Below are positions 17,731-27,204 of a stretch of 29,411 nucleotides of DNA, in pieces. Position 1 is the stretch's first letter. Every line of letters starts with the position of its first letter. The DNA comes from an uncultured Victivallales bacterium (GTDB taxonomy: Bacteria > Verrucomicrobiota > Kiritimatiellia > UBA8416 > CAYOBW01). The translations under genes and the position numbers were made by a program. Below the pieces are notes generated by a model. That model saw nothing but the letters and a program-made list of their open reading frames with translations, searched no databases and was not told the DNA's origin. Location: positions 1 through 29,411 of the forward strand of contig CAZKRK010000046.1 of NCBI GenBank assembly GCA_964555035.1, written 5' to 3'.

Positions 17731-17892
17731 CGTCTCCGCAGGGCGCGTAGTCGCTTTCTGTGTGTAATAGGCAGGACAAGCCCGGCGGGGCTACTCTGAA
17801 AGTGCAGCAAATTGCAGATGCGCCCAGCGGCAGCGTACGCTCATAACACTCTTGCCCCCGCCGCGCCTCTCGTGCATGCTTACCGGGAGCGC

Positions 17893-20811
17893 ATGAAAAG
17901 CAGCCCTTTCACACCTATCCGCCTTCTCCACCTCGCCGTCGCAGGCACAATCGCCGCCTGCGCCGGGGGATGTCGTGAGGAACAGGAACAGTCGCCGCGC
18001 CGGGCGTTCGAGCTCGACCTGCGCGATCGCGGAGTCGTGCTGCAGCGGATTACCTACGGGCTGCCCGAAGAGTCGACCGCACGCGTCATACGCTTCGACC
18101 GGCGCGGGTTGCTGCGCTGTGCCCTCTACCTGCGCGACAGCAGCGACGAGAACTCGTTCATATACGTGGACCACGTTGGTGTGGTCACCCGGAACGGCAG
18201 GATTGCGACGACCTTGAAGGAGTACGGGGAATTGCTGGTGACGGGCGACCAACAGGCCCTCTACATCGACGGTACGCCTTTGCCCGTCAACACAAAGGGA
18301 TGGGACACGTTCTGGGTGTCCGCTGACGAAGCCGAACCGGACGTGACCCAGAGAACGTATGCCCCCGTGGACCTGTTCGACAGCTTCATGCGCACCGAGC
18401 TGACGAACGGCTTCTGCCGCGTGACCGACGGTTCCTGGGAGCTCAAACAACGCGGCGGCGGAATGCCGACGGAGGAAGAGGACTACCACAACGCCAGTTT
18501 TCAGCGGGCCGTCAACCCCTTCTCCATCCGGGGCGAAGAGCAGGGCCGGTTGACGTACGGTGACGACGATTGGATGAACTATCACGCTGAGGCGAGCTTC
18601 TACTTCGGCATACCGCGAACGATAAGCTGGAGCGATGCAGAGAACCTGCCCGTCGAAACGGACATGCTCATCGCGCAGGGCACGACCAACGGAAACCAGG
18701 TAGCGTTCGGCTGGTCCGGGCGCCATCGCGGATTCGTCCTCATGTCCCGTAGCGGTTCGTCCCTCTGGAAGGTGCTCGAACGCTGGGGCGGCAAGCGTCC
18801 CCCGCTGACGAACTGGTGCCGTATCGGTCTGCGCATCCACGCCGGCTATATCGCCGAAGGCATGCTCGACCGCAAAGCCGTACTGCGCACAAACCTGGCC
18901 ACGTGCATTGTCGGTCCATTCCACGTCATTGCGGGAGAGGCCCCCATCGAGGCCGACACGATTCGCGCCTACTCCCTGCCGCCAAAGCCGAACCTGGGCG
19001 ATACGGCGCACGTCAAGAGCCGCTTCTTCTCGGCCAAGAAGGAGCTCGGCAAATCCCGCGACCCGACGCAGTTCGGGGAGTGGTCCAAGTCTACCAGCGT
19101 TTTCGTGGAGTCACGCGAGACCGATACCAACGGCAATCACAAGGCCGTCATCACGATGCGGGTGCCGCTCATGGGCGACTTCACGGTCGACTCGGTGCCG
19201 TTCGACGACGAGGCCGGCGCCATACCGCCGGGCCCGTACGAGTTCGCCTTCCGGATAGCCGATACAAACGAGTTCGAGGCCATCATGGAGCATCCGCCGG
19301 TCCTCTCGCTGAAGGCCAGGCTCTCAGGCACGGGCTGGGCGCTTGAAGACCTGCCGGAAGATGTCTGGCCCGCGGGCCACCGCGAATTCGCTCTCCGCTT
19401 CGCCCGGCGAAGGGCCGAGGACAACAGGATCGTCGTTCTCTGCGGCGGGTCTGCGACGCCGCTTTCGCCCCCGCTGACGGAGCCGTTGCTCGTATCGGTT
19501 GCGCGCGTGGAAAAGGGCGGCAAACCGGATTACCCGTTCCCGCAGCATCACCTCATCCGTTGCGCAAACCTCGCAAACGAGTTGTTCGAGGAAGCGCCGG
19601 CGGATTGGAGCTGGATCGAAGGCGCCTTCCGCATGGATTGCCGCTGGGCCTGCATGAACCAGTGGAATTTCATGGCGTGCGGCTCGCCCGGCATCCCCTA
19701 CATGACCAGCAAGCGGACTTTCACGGGCGACCAGGTGCACGAGTGCTTCATGTCGTTGCGGCCGGCCCAGCCCTGCGACGCGTACGACAAGGACTTCTTC
19801 TATGACCGCAAAAAGGACGGCGGTCTCAGGCTGTTCCGCGCCAACGGCGGCTGGTACAACCGACGCGATCTCAACGTCTGTTTCTGCACCAACGGCCGCG
19901 ACCCCCTTTCCGGCTACAGCATCGTGTTTGCCGGGAGAGACAACAAGGAGACGTTTCTCCTGCGCAAAGGACGCGTCGTGGCTGCCTCCCAGAACAAGAA
20001 GTTCCTCTTCCACGGCACAAGCCATTCGAGCGTTCACTGGAAATGGTGGAAGTTCACGGTCGACAAGCGTGGCGGCCGTATCCGGTGTTCGCTCAACGAC
20101 ACCGTTATGTTTGACTATCACGATCCCGAGCCGATTCCCGGGGGACACCTTGGTTTCTGGTCCGTGCGCAACGGCTTCACGCTGGCACGCGTCATTTCCG
20201 TCGCCGAATCGGTCGGTTTGGAGCCGCACGCCCTGTTCGTAGGTGACGATGAGGACAGCCCGTGGGTGCCCCTCAAGCGCGACAGCGTTGTTGTCACGCG
20301 CTCATCCGGGGCCGGACTCACCCGCGCCACCGCCACCGTAGGCGGCGGGTTCTTCGCCATGCGCTACACGCTCCCCGTTCCGGTCGATTTGAACAAAACG
20401 CCCGTCATGAAACTGCCGCTTGACATCGGCTACGAAGCGGCCGTGAATCTTCACGCCGATATCGGCGGCACCGCATACGTGATTCCCCTGACGGCGCCCA
20501 TCTCCGAGATGAAAGCGTTGCTGGCCCCGGAATTCGAAAAGGGAGAGTGTTTCAAAATCCCGACCATCGACGAAGCCGTCATTCTACAGACGCGCTACCT
20601 TCGCAACGCCCGCCTGACTCACAATCTGTTGACCGTGGACTTCGCCGCGGCCCTGGAGGAGACCGGCGAGAAGCCCGAGACGCTGGAGCTCAGGAGCATC
20701 ACCATCGGCAACAGCAGCAACCAGGGCTACCTGTTGGCCGGAGCGAACGGCAGAAACGCGGCCGGCGCATGGTACGAAGTAGGTGTGCCCACATTCCGGA
20801 CACGTCAGTAA
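17893..20811 (+). CDS. Large secreted lipoprotein (~970 aa) of unknown function with an internal DUF1080/LamG (concanavalin-like) domain
   Basis: N-terminus MKSSPFTPIRLLHLAVAGTIAAC has a positive n-region, hydrophobic core and lipobox IAAC. Segment WKFTVDKRGGRIRCSLNDTVMFDYHDPEPIPGGHLGFWSVRNGFTLARV fits the DUF1080 pattern W..y.i....g.i.v.lNG..v......GG.iGlQ.h....v.FRNi. The ORF-track start 17812 lacks a signal peptide and overlaps the upstream motif. Confidence 0.65.
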   Translation: MKSSPFTPIRLLHLAVAGTIAACAGGCREEQEQSPRRAFELDLRDRGVVLQRITYGLPEESTARVIRFDRRGLLRCALYLRDSSDENSFIYVDHVGVVTRNGRIATTLKEYGELLVTGDQQALYIDGTPLPVNTKGWDTFWVSADEAEPDVTQRTYAPVDLFDSFMRTELTNGFCRVTDGSWELKQRGGGMPTEEEDYHNASFQRAVNPFSIRGEEQGRLTYGDDDWMNYHAEASFYFGIPRTISWSDAENLPVETDMLIAQGTTNGNQVAFGWSGRHRGFVLMSRSGSSLWKVLERWGGKRPPLTNWCRIGLRIHAGYIAEGMLDRKAVLRTNLATCIVGPFHVIAGEAPIEADTIRAYSLPPKPNLGDTAHVKSRFFSAKKELGKSRDPTQFGEWSKSTSVFVESRETDTNGNHKAVITMRVPLMGDFTVDSVPFDDEAGAIPPGPYEFAFRIADTNEFEAIMEHPPVLSLKARLSGTGWALEDLPEDVWPAGHREFALRFARRRAEDNRIVVLCGGSATPLSPPLTEPLLVSVARVEKGGKPDYPFPQHHLIRCANLANELFEEAPADWSWIEGAFRMDCRWACMNQWNFMACGSPGIPYMTSKRTFTGDQVHECFMSLRPAQPCDAYDKDFFYDRKKDGGLRLFRANGGWYNRRDLNVCFCTNGRDPLSGYSIVFAGRDNKETFLLRKGRVVAASQNKKFLFHGTSHSSVHWKWWKFTVDKRGGRIRCSLNDTVMFDYHDPEPIPGGHLGFWSVRNGFTLARVISVAESVGLEPHALFVGDDEDSPWVPLKRDSVVVTRSSGAGLTRATATVGGGFFAMRYTLPVPVDLNKTPVMKLPLDIGYEAAVNLHADIGGTAYVIPLTAPISEMKALLAPEFEKGECFKIPTIDEAVILQTRYLRNARLTHNLLTVDFAAALEETGEKPETLELRSITIGNSSNQGYLLAGANGRNAAGAWYEVGVPTFRTRQ

Positions 20812-20825
20812 CGCTCGGAGACTGG

Positions 20826-20964
20826 TACTGGAGACGGCGGTCCTCCGCCGTTACGGAGCAAGGTGTTGAGCACAAACGGAAACAGAAGTGAACGAAGTTC
20901 CCGCATGTTCCACCAAGTGCGCACTCACTTGCGCGCAACGGCGGAGAACCGCCGTCTCCAGTGG
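20826..20964. repeat. REPIN-like doublet: two inverted copies of CGGCGGAG(G/A)ACCGCCGTCTCCAGT (20826-20850 reverse; 20939-20964 forward) ~90 bp apart, in the intergenic region between the lipoprotein and O-antigen-ligase-like genes
   Basis: Both copies seen directly; 23 of 23 identity to copy 1 for the inverted copy, and 1 mismatch for copy 3. Confidence 0.7.
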
Positions 20965-20986
20965 CGGCGATACTGTCGGAAGTCCC

Positions 20987-22792
20987 ATGAAACGTATGCG
21001 TAAACTGAGCAGATTCTACACCGTAGCTGCCGCGGCCGTGTTGGGCGCGGCCGTCTGCCAGGTCGGCATTGGCGCTCAGTTCACGGCAACGGGAGAGCAG
21101 ACCGGCATCGCCGTTCCCGTTTCTTCGGTCGTAGTGGCAGTCTTCTTCCTTCTATGCGCCGTGGTGGATTGGCCGCCGCGTCTGCCGACCCTCGGCCGCA
21201 TGCAGTCGCTGTTCATCGTCCTGTTTGCAGTGGGCATCGTGGGATTGCCCCGCGTCCATATGGCCACGGGCGCCAAAGAGACGATCCAGCTCGCGGAGAT
21301 GACCGTTCTGGCCTCCTTCGTGTTCGAAGGCCTTTGCCGACGCGAGCACACGCGCCGAACAGCGCGCGTCTTCGCGGTACTGTGCGGCTTACTGCTCCTT
21401 CTGGCCTGTGCCAACCAGCTCGAGCATCCCTGGTTCGGCTTGAGCCATACCAAGTACGCCGCTTTCGTCATTCTTGCCTGGCCCTTCATGATGCTGGCGT
21501 TGAAGGATGCAAAGACATCGTTCAAACGGACCGCCGTTCTGCTCGCCGCCCTTGCCGTCGGTCTTACGTTCCGCCACGGGTGGTTGATCATCGTCTGGTA
21601 CATCGTCTTTCTAACCAGCTGCGCACGCTTCCGTACGGTTGCCGTGAAATGGATGCTGCTGTTCGCGCTCCTGGCGGGACTGGTCACGCCCCTGGCGATA
21701 TACGGGCGTGGGAACCCATGGAAGATGCTGACCCATCGTTACGATTCCGAGCACCTCTCCCGGTTTGCGGTCGAAGCCGTTGCCGCGGTCAAGGGGCCGC
21801 GCTACTTCCCCCTCGGCGGCGGACCGGGCCGCTACAAGCAAACGATCGACGAACTGAAGCAGTACCAGCCGCACGTGCCGCATCCCGAAGACCGCACGGT
21901 GCCCAGGGACGGCAACAACCAGTATCTGGTGACGCTGGTTGAGGCCGGGCTGCCCGCCGCGGTCGCTCTGCTTCTGCTGCTGACGGTAAACCTGTTCGGC
22001 ATAGGGATGCGGGACGACACCGACCGCGAATTCCAGTTTGCACGACGGGTTGCGATGCTTGGCGCCCTGCTCGCCGCGGCAACCTGCGTACTCGTCTCGC
22101 GCGGCGCCTGCATCTGGCTCGGCGCGCTGATCGGGCTCGGCAACGGTTCGCGCCCGACGCCCAGGTGGCTGGCGCGATTCGTACGGCTCGTGCTTCCCGC
22201 GGCAGCGGTGGCCGCCGCGGCGGTCGCGATGCAGTGGTACAACCGCCAGCTCAATCCCCTGGGCGGAGTCAGCACCGCAAACCGCGAAGTGCGCCAATAC
22301 ATGTACGGGGAAAAGGGACTCGAAAGCCTGGGGCTCAGAATCGTCCAGCTCCAGGACAAGGTCGAAACGGAGAAGCAGGGGGACGTCGTCGAGATCGAGG
22401 CAGAGACCTTTGACGAAGCCACTGTTCCTTTCACGGTCATTCGCGATAACGGCGCCTCGGGCGGCCACGCCGCGGCCATCCCGCAGGACAAGGGCAAAGG
22501 CACGGGCAAGGCGCTCTACACGATCGACATTCCCGTCGACGGCTTCTACCTGCTCTATGCCCGCGTCTTCTGGCTCGACGGCTGTTCCAACAGCTTCCTG
22601 TTCGAGGTCGCCGACAAGCGTATGCTGCTGGCCAGCGACATCTTCGGCCGCTGGCACACCCTCGAAACCAAGGAGCCCATGCGACTCGGCCGGGGCCCCG
22701 CCAAGATCACCGTCCACAACGTCGAAGACGGCGTGCGCCTCGACACCATCGGCCTACGCAGAGTCCCGCCGCCGAGCATGCGGGTGCAGTGA
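20987..22792 (+). CDS. Polytopic membrane protein, O-antigen ligase/polymerase (Wzy_C/WaaL-like) family, with a ~170-aa C-terminal soluble (likely periplasmic) domain
   Basis: About 10-12 hydrophobic helices. Motif RDGNNQYLVTLVEAGLPAAVALLLLL resembles the WaaL/Wzy_C signature H-N-x-y-L-q-x-l-a-E-x-G. The C-terminal 170 aa are hydrophilic. Confidence 0.55.
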   Translation: MKRMRKLSRFYTVAAAAVLGAAVCQVGIGAQFTATGEQTGIAVPVSSVVVAVFFLLCAVVDWPPRLPTLGRMQSLFIVLFAVGIVGLPRVHMATGAKETIQLAEMTVLASFVFEGLCRREHTRRTARVFAVLCGLLLLLACANQLEHPWFGLSHTKYAAFVILAWPFMMLALKDAKTSFKRTAVLLAALAVGLTFRHGWLIIVWYIVFLTSCARFRTVAVKWMLLFALLAGLVTPLAIYGRGNPWKMLTHRYDSEHLSRFAVEAVAAVKGPRYFPLGGGPGRYKQTIDELKQYQPHVPHPEDRTVPRDGNNQYLVTLVEAGLPAAVALLLLLTVNLFGIGMRDDTDREFQFARRVAMLGALLAAATCVLVSRGACIWLGALIGLGNGSRPTPRWLARFVRLVLPAAAVAAAAVAMQWYNRQLNPLGGVSTANREVRQYMYGEKGLESLGLRIVQLQDKVETEKQGDVVEIEAETFDEATVPFTVIRDNGASGGHAAAIPQDKGKGTGKALYTIDIPVDGFYLLYARVFWLDGCSNSFLFEVADKRMLLASDIFGRWHTLETKEPMRLGRGPAKITVHNVEDGVRLDTIGLRRVPPPSMRVQ

Positions 22793-22897
22793 GGGCGAGA
22801 AGAGGATCCGCGACGCGTCTCAACCAGGTGACGGTCGGGCGTGAACGATGTGCGAAGCCCCGAAGAAGGACGGCACTCCCGCGTCGGCACATTTGGT

Positions 22898-23005
22898 TCA
22901 GTCAGCCAAAAACAGTCCGTTGCTGCATTTTTGGCTGATAATAGTTGCTTTATAATCAGCCACAATGCATGTTAATGCATGTATTTTGGCTGATTAAAAA
23001 GGTGT
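22898..23005 (+). promoter_or_regulatory. AT-rich promoter/operator island: four copies of the inverted motif TCAGCCAAAA / TTTTGGCTGA, direct repeat AATGCATGT x2, and a canonical TATAAT at 22951-22956, ~50 bp upstream of the ATPase ATG
   Basis: Seen directly; sharp GC drop relative to flanking DNA. Confidence 0.6.
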
Positions 23006-23008
23006 GAC

Positions 23009-24448
23009 ATGGACACGATAATCGGGCGAGAAGCGGAAAAACGAGTGCTGAGGGCGGCACTCGAATCGGGTGAGGCCGAGTTCATCGCCGTATACGGACG
23101 CCGGCGAGTGGGCAAGACTTACCTTGTCAGTCGGTTCTTCGACCGGGCCGCTTTCTACTTCGAGTTAACCGGCACGCGTGACGGGCCGCTGCACGAGCAA
23201 CTGGCGAACTTTGCGGACGTTCTTGGACGCAAGGCCGGTCTGGATTTGGCTGTGCCGAAAAGCTGGGCCGAGGCGTTTCGGCAGCTCGTTCGCGTGTTGG
23301 AGGCCCGGCCGGCCGCGGGGAAACGCGACCGAACCGTTCTCTTTTTCGATGAAACTCCCTGGCTGGCCTCACGACGCTCGCGCTTCTTGTCGGCGCTGAG
23401 CTATTTCTGGAACTCCTGGGCCGGTCGGCGCCCCGACATCGTCTTGATCGTCTGCGGTTCGTCGGCGTCCTGGATGCTGGAAAAGGTAGTGGCCGACAGA
23501 GGAGGCCTGCACAACCGTCTTACGCGACGAATTCGTCTGATGCCTTTCACATTGCAAGAGACGGAGGCCTTCTTGCGATCGCGTGGCGTGCGGCTCGACC
23601 GACGACAGATTATCGACGTCTTCATGGTGGCCGGCGGCATTCCTCAATACCTGAAGCAAGTCGAGCCGGGACGGTCGTCGGCGCAGAGCATCGATGCGAT
23701 GTGCTTCCAGCCGGATGGCTTCCTGTACGACGAGTTCGATCGCCTGTACGCTTCCCTGTTCCATGATTCGGCCAAGCACATTGCCGTTGTCCGTGCGTTG
23801 GCGAAAACGCGTTCAGGGTTGTCGCGAACGGCACTGTTGAAACGGGCCGGTCTCGCATCGGGCGGAACGTCGACACGGGTTCTGACCGCGCTCGAAGAGT
23901 CGGGCTTCATTGCCCGGCACGTACCCTTCGGCCAGAGAGTCAACAACGCGCGATACCGGCTGATCGACGAGTACAGTCTCTTCTACCTTACCTGGATGGA
24001 GGGGAAGCGGCACGACTTGCTGAGCGAGTCGTGGTCGACGCAGTCGCAGTCCCGGCGGTGGTCAGCCTGGGCGGGGTTCAGTTTCGAGGGAGTGTGTTGG
24101 AAGCATGTCGACCGGATTACAGCCGAGTTGGGCATAGCCGGAGTACAGACCAGAGCGTCGACGTGGCAGCACAGAGGCGGTCCGGGAGAACAAGGTGCGC
24201 AGATCGATTTGCTCATAGACCGTGCGGACCGATGTATCTCGATCTGCGAAATCAAACACGGTGAAGGTGTTTTTGCCATTGACCGGAAGTACGCGGCCGA
24301 ACTGAGACGCAAGCTGGACGTGTTTCGCCTGCAATCGGGCACCCGCAAGACCCTGTTTCTGGTGATGGTCACGCCGAGCGGTTGCAAGCACAACGACTAT
24401 TTCACGCAGTTGGTGACTGACGAAGTGCGTCTGGAGTGCTTGTTCTGA
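23009..24448 (+). CDS. PF01637-type (archaeal/bacterial 'ATPase_2') P-loop ATPase with C-terminal DUF234 domain (PD-(D/E)xK nuclease-like)
   Basis: Walker A GRRRVGKTYL; Walker B VLFFDETPW. C-terminal IDLLIDRADRCISICEIKHGEG fits the D...E-x-K restriction-endonuclease-like motif typical of DUF234. 479 aa. Confidence 0.85.
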   Translation: MDTIIGREAEKRVLRAALESGEAEFIAVYGRRRVGKTYLVSRFFDRAAFYFELTGTRDGPLHEQLANFADVLGRKAGLDLAVPKSWAEAFRQLVRVLEARPAAGKRDRTVLFFDETPWLASRRSRFLSALSYFWNSWAGRRPDIVLIVCGSSASWMLEKVVADRGGLHNRLTRRIRLMPFTLQETEAFLRSRGVRLDRRQIIDVFMVAGGIPQYLKQVEPGRSSAQSIDAMCFQPDGFLYDEFDRLYASLFHDSAKHIAVVRALAKTRSGLSRTALLKRAGLASGGTSTRVLTALEESGFIARHVPFGQRVNNARYRLIDEYSLFYLTWMEGKRHDLLSESWSTQSQSRRWSAWAGFSFEGVCWKHVDRITAELGIAGVQTRASTWQHRGGPGEQGAQIDLLIDRADRCISICEIKHGEGVFAIDRKYAAELRRKLDVFRLQSGTRKTLFLVMVTPSGCKHNDYFTQLVTDEVRLECLF

Positions 24449-24477
24449 GTAGGTTGCCGGTAGCCAAATCCCCCTCC

Positions 24478-25860
24478 TCAATCCCCCCGCGACATCTTCA
24501 CCAGCTTCGGATCGAAACGGGCCAGGATTTCGACCAGATCCTTCTGGGCCGCCATTACTTTTTCGATATCCTTGTACCCCATCGGCACTTCGTCCAGGCC
24601 GGCGGAGATCAGAACCACATCGCGCTCCGCCAGGAACTTGCGGGCCTCGTTCCAGGTGAAGGATTTCTTCGTCATGGTGCGGCTCATGGCGCGGCCGGCG
24701 CCGTGCGAAGCGGAGTTGAGCGAATCGGGCTCGCCCCTGCCGCGCACAACGTACCCCGGCGTCGCCATCGATCCCGGAATAATGCCAATCGCGCCGGCGT
24801 CGGCCGGCGTCGCGCCCTTGCGGTGCACGATCACCTCCTCGCCGAAATGGGTCTCCTTCCACGCGAAGTTGTGGTGATTCTCGACGTCGAGCAACACCTT
24901 GGCCTTGAGAAAGCGCGCAATGCCGCGGTGGATCAACTCATGGTTGGCCGCCGCATAGCGCCCCATCAACTCCATCGCCGCCCAATACTCTCCGCCGGCT
25001 TCGCTCTCCAGATCAAACCACGCCAGGTGCTGCAGCTCCCGCGGCAGCTCGGGATGTTGCTTCATGGCCAGCTTGCTGTAGTGCTGCGCTACGCTGCCGC
25101 CCGTGCCGCGGCTGCCGCTGTGGCTCAACAGGGCAAAATAGACGCCCGGCTCAAGCCCCAGCTCGGCCCGTTCGAGCGTCAACGTCCCGAACTCCACAAA
25201 ATGGTTCCCGCTTCCACTTGAACCAAGCTGCTTCCACGCCTTGTCCCTGTTCCGCCCCGTCACCGGACTCACCGACCAATCCTCGTCCATCACCGCGTGC
25301 TCGCGACGATGCTCGAAACCGGAACCGACGCCGAAACGGGTTTCCGCGTCGATCGCCTTGCGCAACTGGCCTTCCGCGCCGCGGAGCATGGAAACGGGCA
25401 TGTCCAGCACCGTCATCTTCATGCGGCAGGCGATATCCATGCCGACCGCGTAGGGAATCACCGCGCCGCGCGTGGCCAGCACGCCGCCGATCGGCAGACC
25501 GTAGCCAGTGTGTGCGTCCGGCATCAGCGCCCCAACCGCCGAGACCGGCAAACGACACGCGTTCTCCATCTGCTGCACGGAAGTCCGGTCGAAGTCCGAT
25601 CCCCACGCCCGGTAGGACGCTGGTTTAGAGCGTGGCACGAAGCGTGCCCGCGCCGTGGAGGTCTTGATCATCGAGCGCGCCAACGCGCCGACCAGGTCGT
25701 GTTCCGCATGGTCTTTCGGCGCCTCGGCCACGGCCGCGATCAACGCCCGCACGTCGCGCTTCTTCATCCCGAGCCCCGCCGCCTTGCGCGCCGCTTCGAT
25801 CGCCAGATGAATGGGCTCCCCTCCCGGGATCCCCAGGTTGTACAGTTCACGCTTCTTCAT
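24478..25860 (-). CDS. rtcB: RtcB RNA 3'-phosphate ligase (long, archaeal/eukaryal-like N-terminus)
   Basis: Motifs MPDAHTGYGLPIGGVLA, NHEL, HNFAW, SASHGAGR. ATGA start/stop overlap with upstream rtcA at 25857-25860. The ORF-track start 25878 is an alternative in-frame ATG. Confidence 0.9.
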   Translation of the reverse strand: MKKRELYNLGIPGGEPIHLAIEAARKAAGLGMKKRDVRALIAAVAEAPKDHAEHDLVGALARSMIKTSTARARFVPRSKPASYRAWGSDFDRTSVQQMENACRLPVSAVGALMPDAHTGYGLPIGGVLATRGAVIPYAVGMDIACRMKMTVLDMPVSMLRGAEGQLRKAIDAETRFGVGSGFEHRREHAVMDEDWSVSPVTGRNRDKAWKQLGSSGSGNHFVEFGTLTLERAELGLEPGVYFALLSHSGSRGTGGSVAQHYSKLAMKQHPELPRELQHLAWFDLESEAGGEYWAAMELMGRYAAANHELIHRGIARFLKAKVLLDVENHHNFAWKETHFGEEVIVHRKGATPADAGAIGIIPGSMATPGYVVRGRGEPDSLNSASHGAGRAMSRTMTKKSFTWNEARKFLAERDVVLISAGLDEVPMGYKDIEKVMAAQKDLVEILARFDPKLVKMSRGD

Positions 25861-26897
25861 GATACCCTCACATGCCATTTGAGCCGGTCAGGCTTGGTGA
25901 CCGTCACACCTACATCCAGAAACTGCTTCAACACTTCGACATTCGTGGCCGAATGCCTCGTCAGGGGCAGCGTCGTGAACTCGCCCTCTCCGGCCACCGC
26001 CATGGGCACCAGGAGCTGGTCCGCAAGGTAACGCCCAACTGGTACGTCTGACGTCAGGTACTCGCGTACCGGCTTCACAACCGAACGCGCGACCCGCTCG
26101 GACGGGACTCCCCTTTCGCCAAAACCGGTGAAGACTCCGCTAACGTGTTCGCTTTCGAGGATGACCATGACGACGTTGCCCGGTCCGCGCGGCGCCGTGA
26201 CCTGCTCAATGCGCGTGGCACCGTCCACGATCGGCAGCAGCCTCCCCAGGGTCGCAAGCTCCTTCTCCGCGATAGACCGTGGGAGCTGCGAGACTATCGC
26301 CACGGCCTCGTGCCGTACAAGCTCGCCGCGTTCGAGAAGCTCGATGGGCGCAAGCCCGCCGGCCGGAGCAATATCCACCGTGAAACACCCGCCGCCCGCC
26401 GGGTAAAAGCCGGGACGGTCGAGAGTGGCTGTCACCGTCGGCCCCATCCGGTTGACGATGGGCAGAAACGAGCGCGTCAGGAAGTCAAAAGGCGGCGCGT
26501 ACGGATTGTGAGTGCCGCCCTCCAGCGTCAGGCGCGACGGGCCGTCGGCCAACAGCAATGCCGGCAGCACCGTCTGCAGAACCAGCGTGGCGCTGCCCGC
26601 CGTGCCGACGGCAAAACGGTATTCGCCTGCCTTCGCGCGCTTCGGCCTGAACGTCAGTCCGCGCGACTTCATCTCGTTGCCGTCTACGGACGCGGAACTC
26701 ACCGCGGCCGCGGCATTCACGGCCGTGAGATGCTGCCGCAGCAACCCCGGCTTGCGCCGTCCCGCACGGATATTCGTGATCCGAAACGGCTGCCCCGTAA
26801 CGAGGGAAAGTGCCAGGGAAGTCCGCAGCACCTGTCCTCCGCCCTCACCAAATGAACCATCAATCGTAATCATTGTGATTCTCTCTCCCATGCTCAT
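25857..26897 (-). CDS. rtcA: RtcA RNA 3'-terminal phosphate cyclase
   Basis: IDGSFGEGGGQVLRTSLALSLVTGQPFRITNIRAGRRKPGLLRQHLTAVNAAAAV matches the RtcA N-terminal signature. Expected ~340 aa when started at MSMGER (26897). The ORF-track extension to 27158 runs through a hairpin-rich non-coding leader and is probably not translated. Confidence 0.85.
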   Translation of the reverse strand: MSMGERITMITIDGSFGEGGGQVLRTSLALSLVTGQPFRITNIRAGRRKPGLLRQHLTAVNAAAAVSSASVDGNEMKSRGLTFRPKRAKAGEYRFAVGTAGSATLVLQTVLPALLLADGPSRLTLEGGTHNPYAPPFDFLTRSFLPIVNRMGPTVTATLDRPGFYPAGGGCFTVDIAPAGGLAPIELLERGELVRHEAVAIVSQLPRSIAEKELATLGRLLPIVDGATRIEQVTAPRGPGNVVMVILESEHVSGVFTGFGERGVPSERVARSVVKPVREYLTSDVPVGRYLADQLLVPMAVAGEGEFTTLPLTRHSATNVEVLKQFLDVGVTVTKPDRLKWHVRVS

Positions 26898-27043
26898 GCA
26901 CGGATCCGCCTTCGCCGAGCTACGGCGGGACACGACGGGTTTCCGCGCTACCGTCCGTCGCCCACGACCTCCCTCCCCCGTCGACAAGCCGAAACAGGTT
27001 CGGGACAAGACCCGCAAGCCCCGCGCTTCGTAGAGCGTCCGCA

Positions 27044-27125
27044 GGTGCGTCTTGGAAAGACGCACCGGAGGGCGCAGGCCGGGCAAACCCCACCTCTCGT
27101 CTCCGGCCCGCGCGACGCGCGGGCC
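27044..27125. promoter_or_regulatory. Structured leader between the SPFH gene and rtcA: perfect hairpins GGTGCGTCTT-gga-AAGACGCACC (27044-27066) and GGCCCGCGCG-a-CGCGCGGGCC (27105-27125), plus further GC stems
   Basis: 10-bp perfect stems seen directly; located in the ~300 bp between the SPFH stop (27205) and the rtcA start (26897). Confidence 0.5.
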
Positions 27126-27204
27126 TCCGGCGAGTCTACGAAGACACGCCCCCGCCACCGGGGGCCGGGGTACGCCCCTGCGTACCTCCGGCTCCCCGGG
27201 CCGA

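Noticed and set aside
25857-27158. 433-aa extended RtcA ORF (start at 27158)
   Set aside because: RtcA homology begins at MITIDGS; the extra 87 codons run through a hairpin-rich non-coding leader and encode an Arg/Gly-rich peptide. Start placed at 26897.
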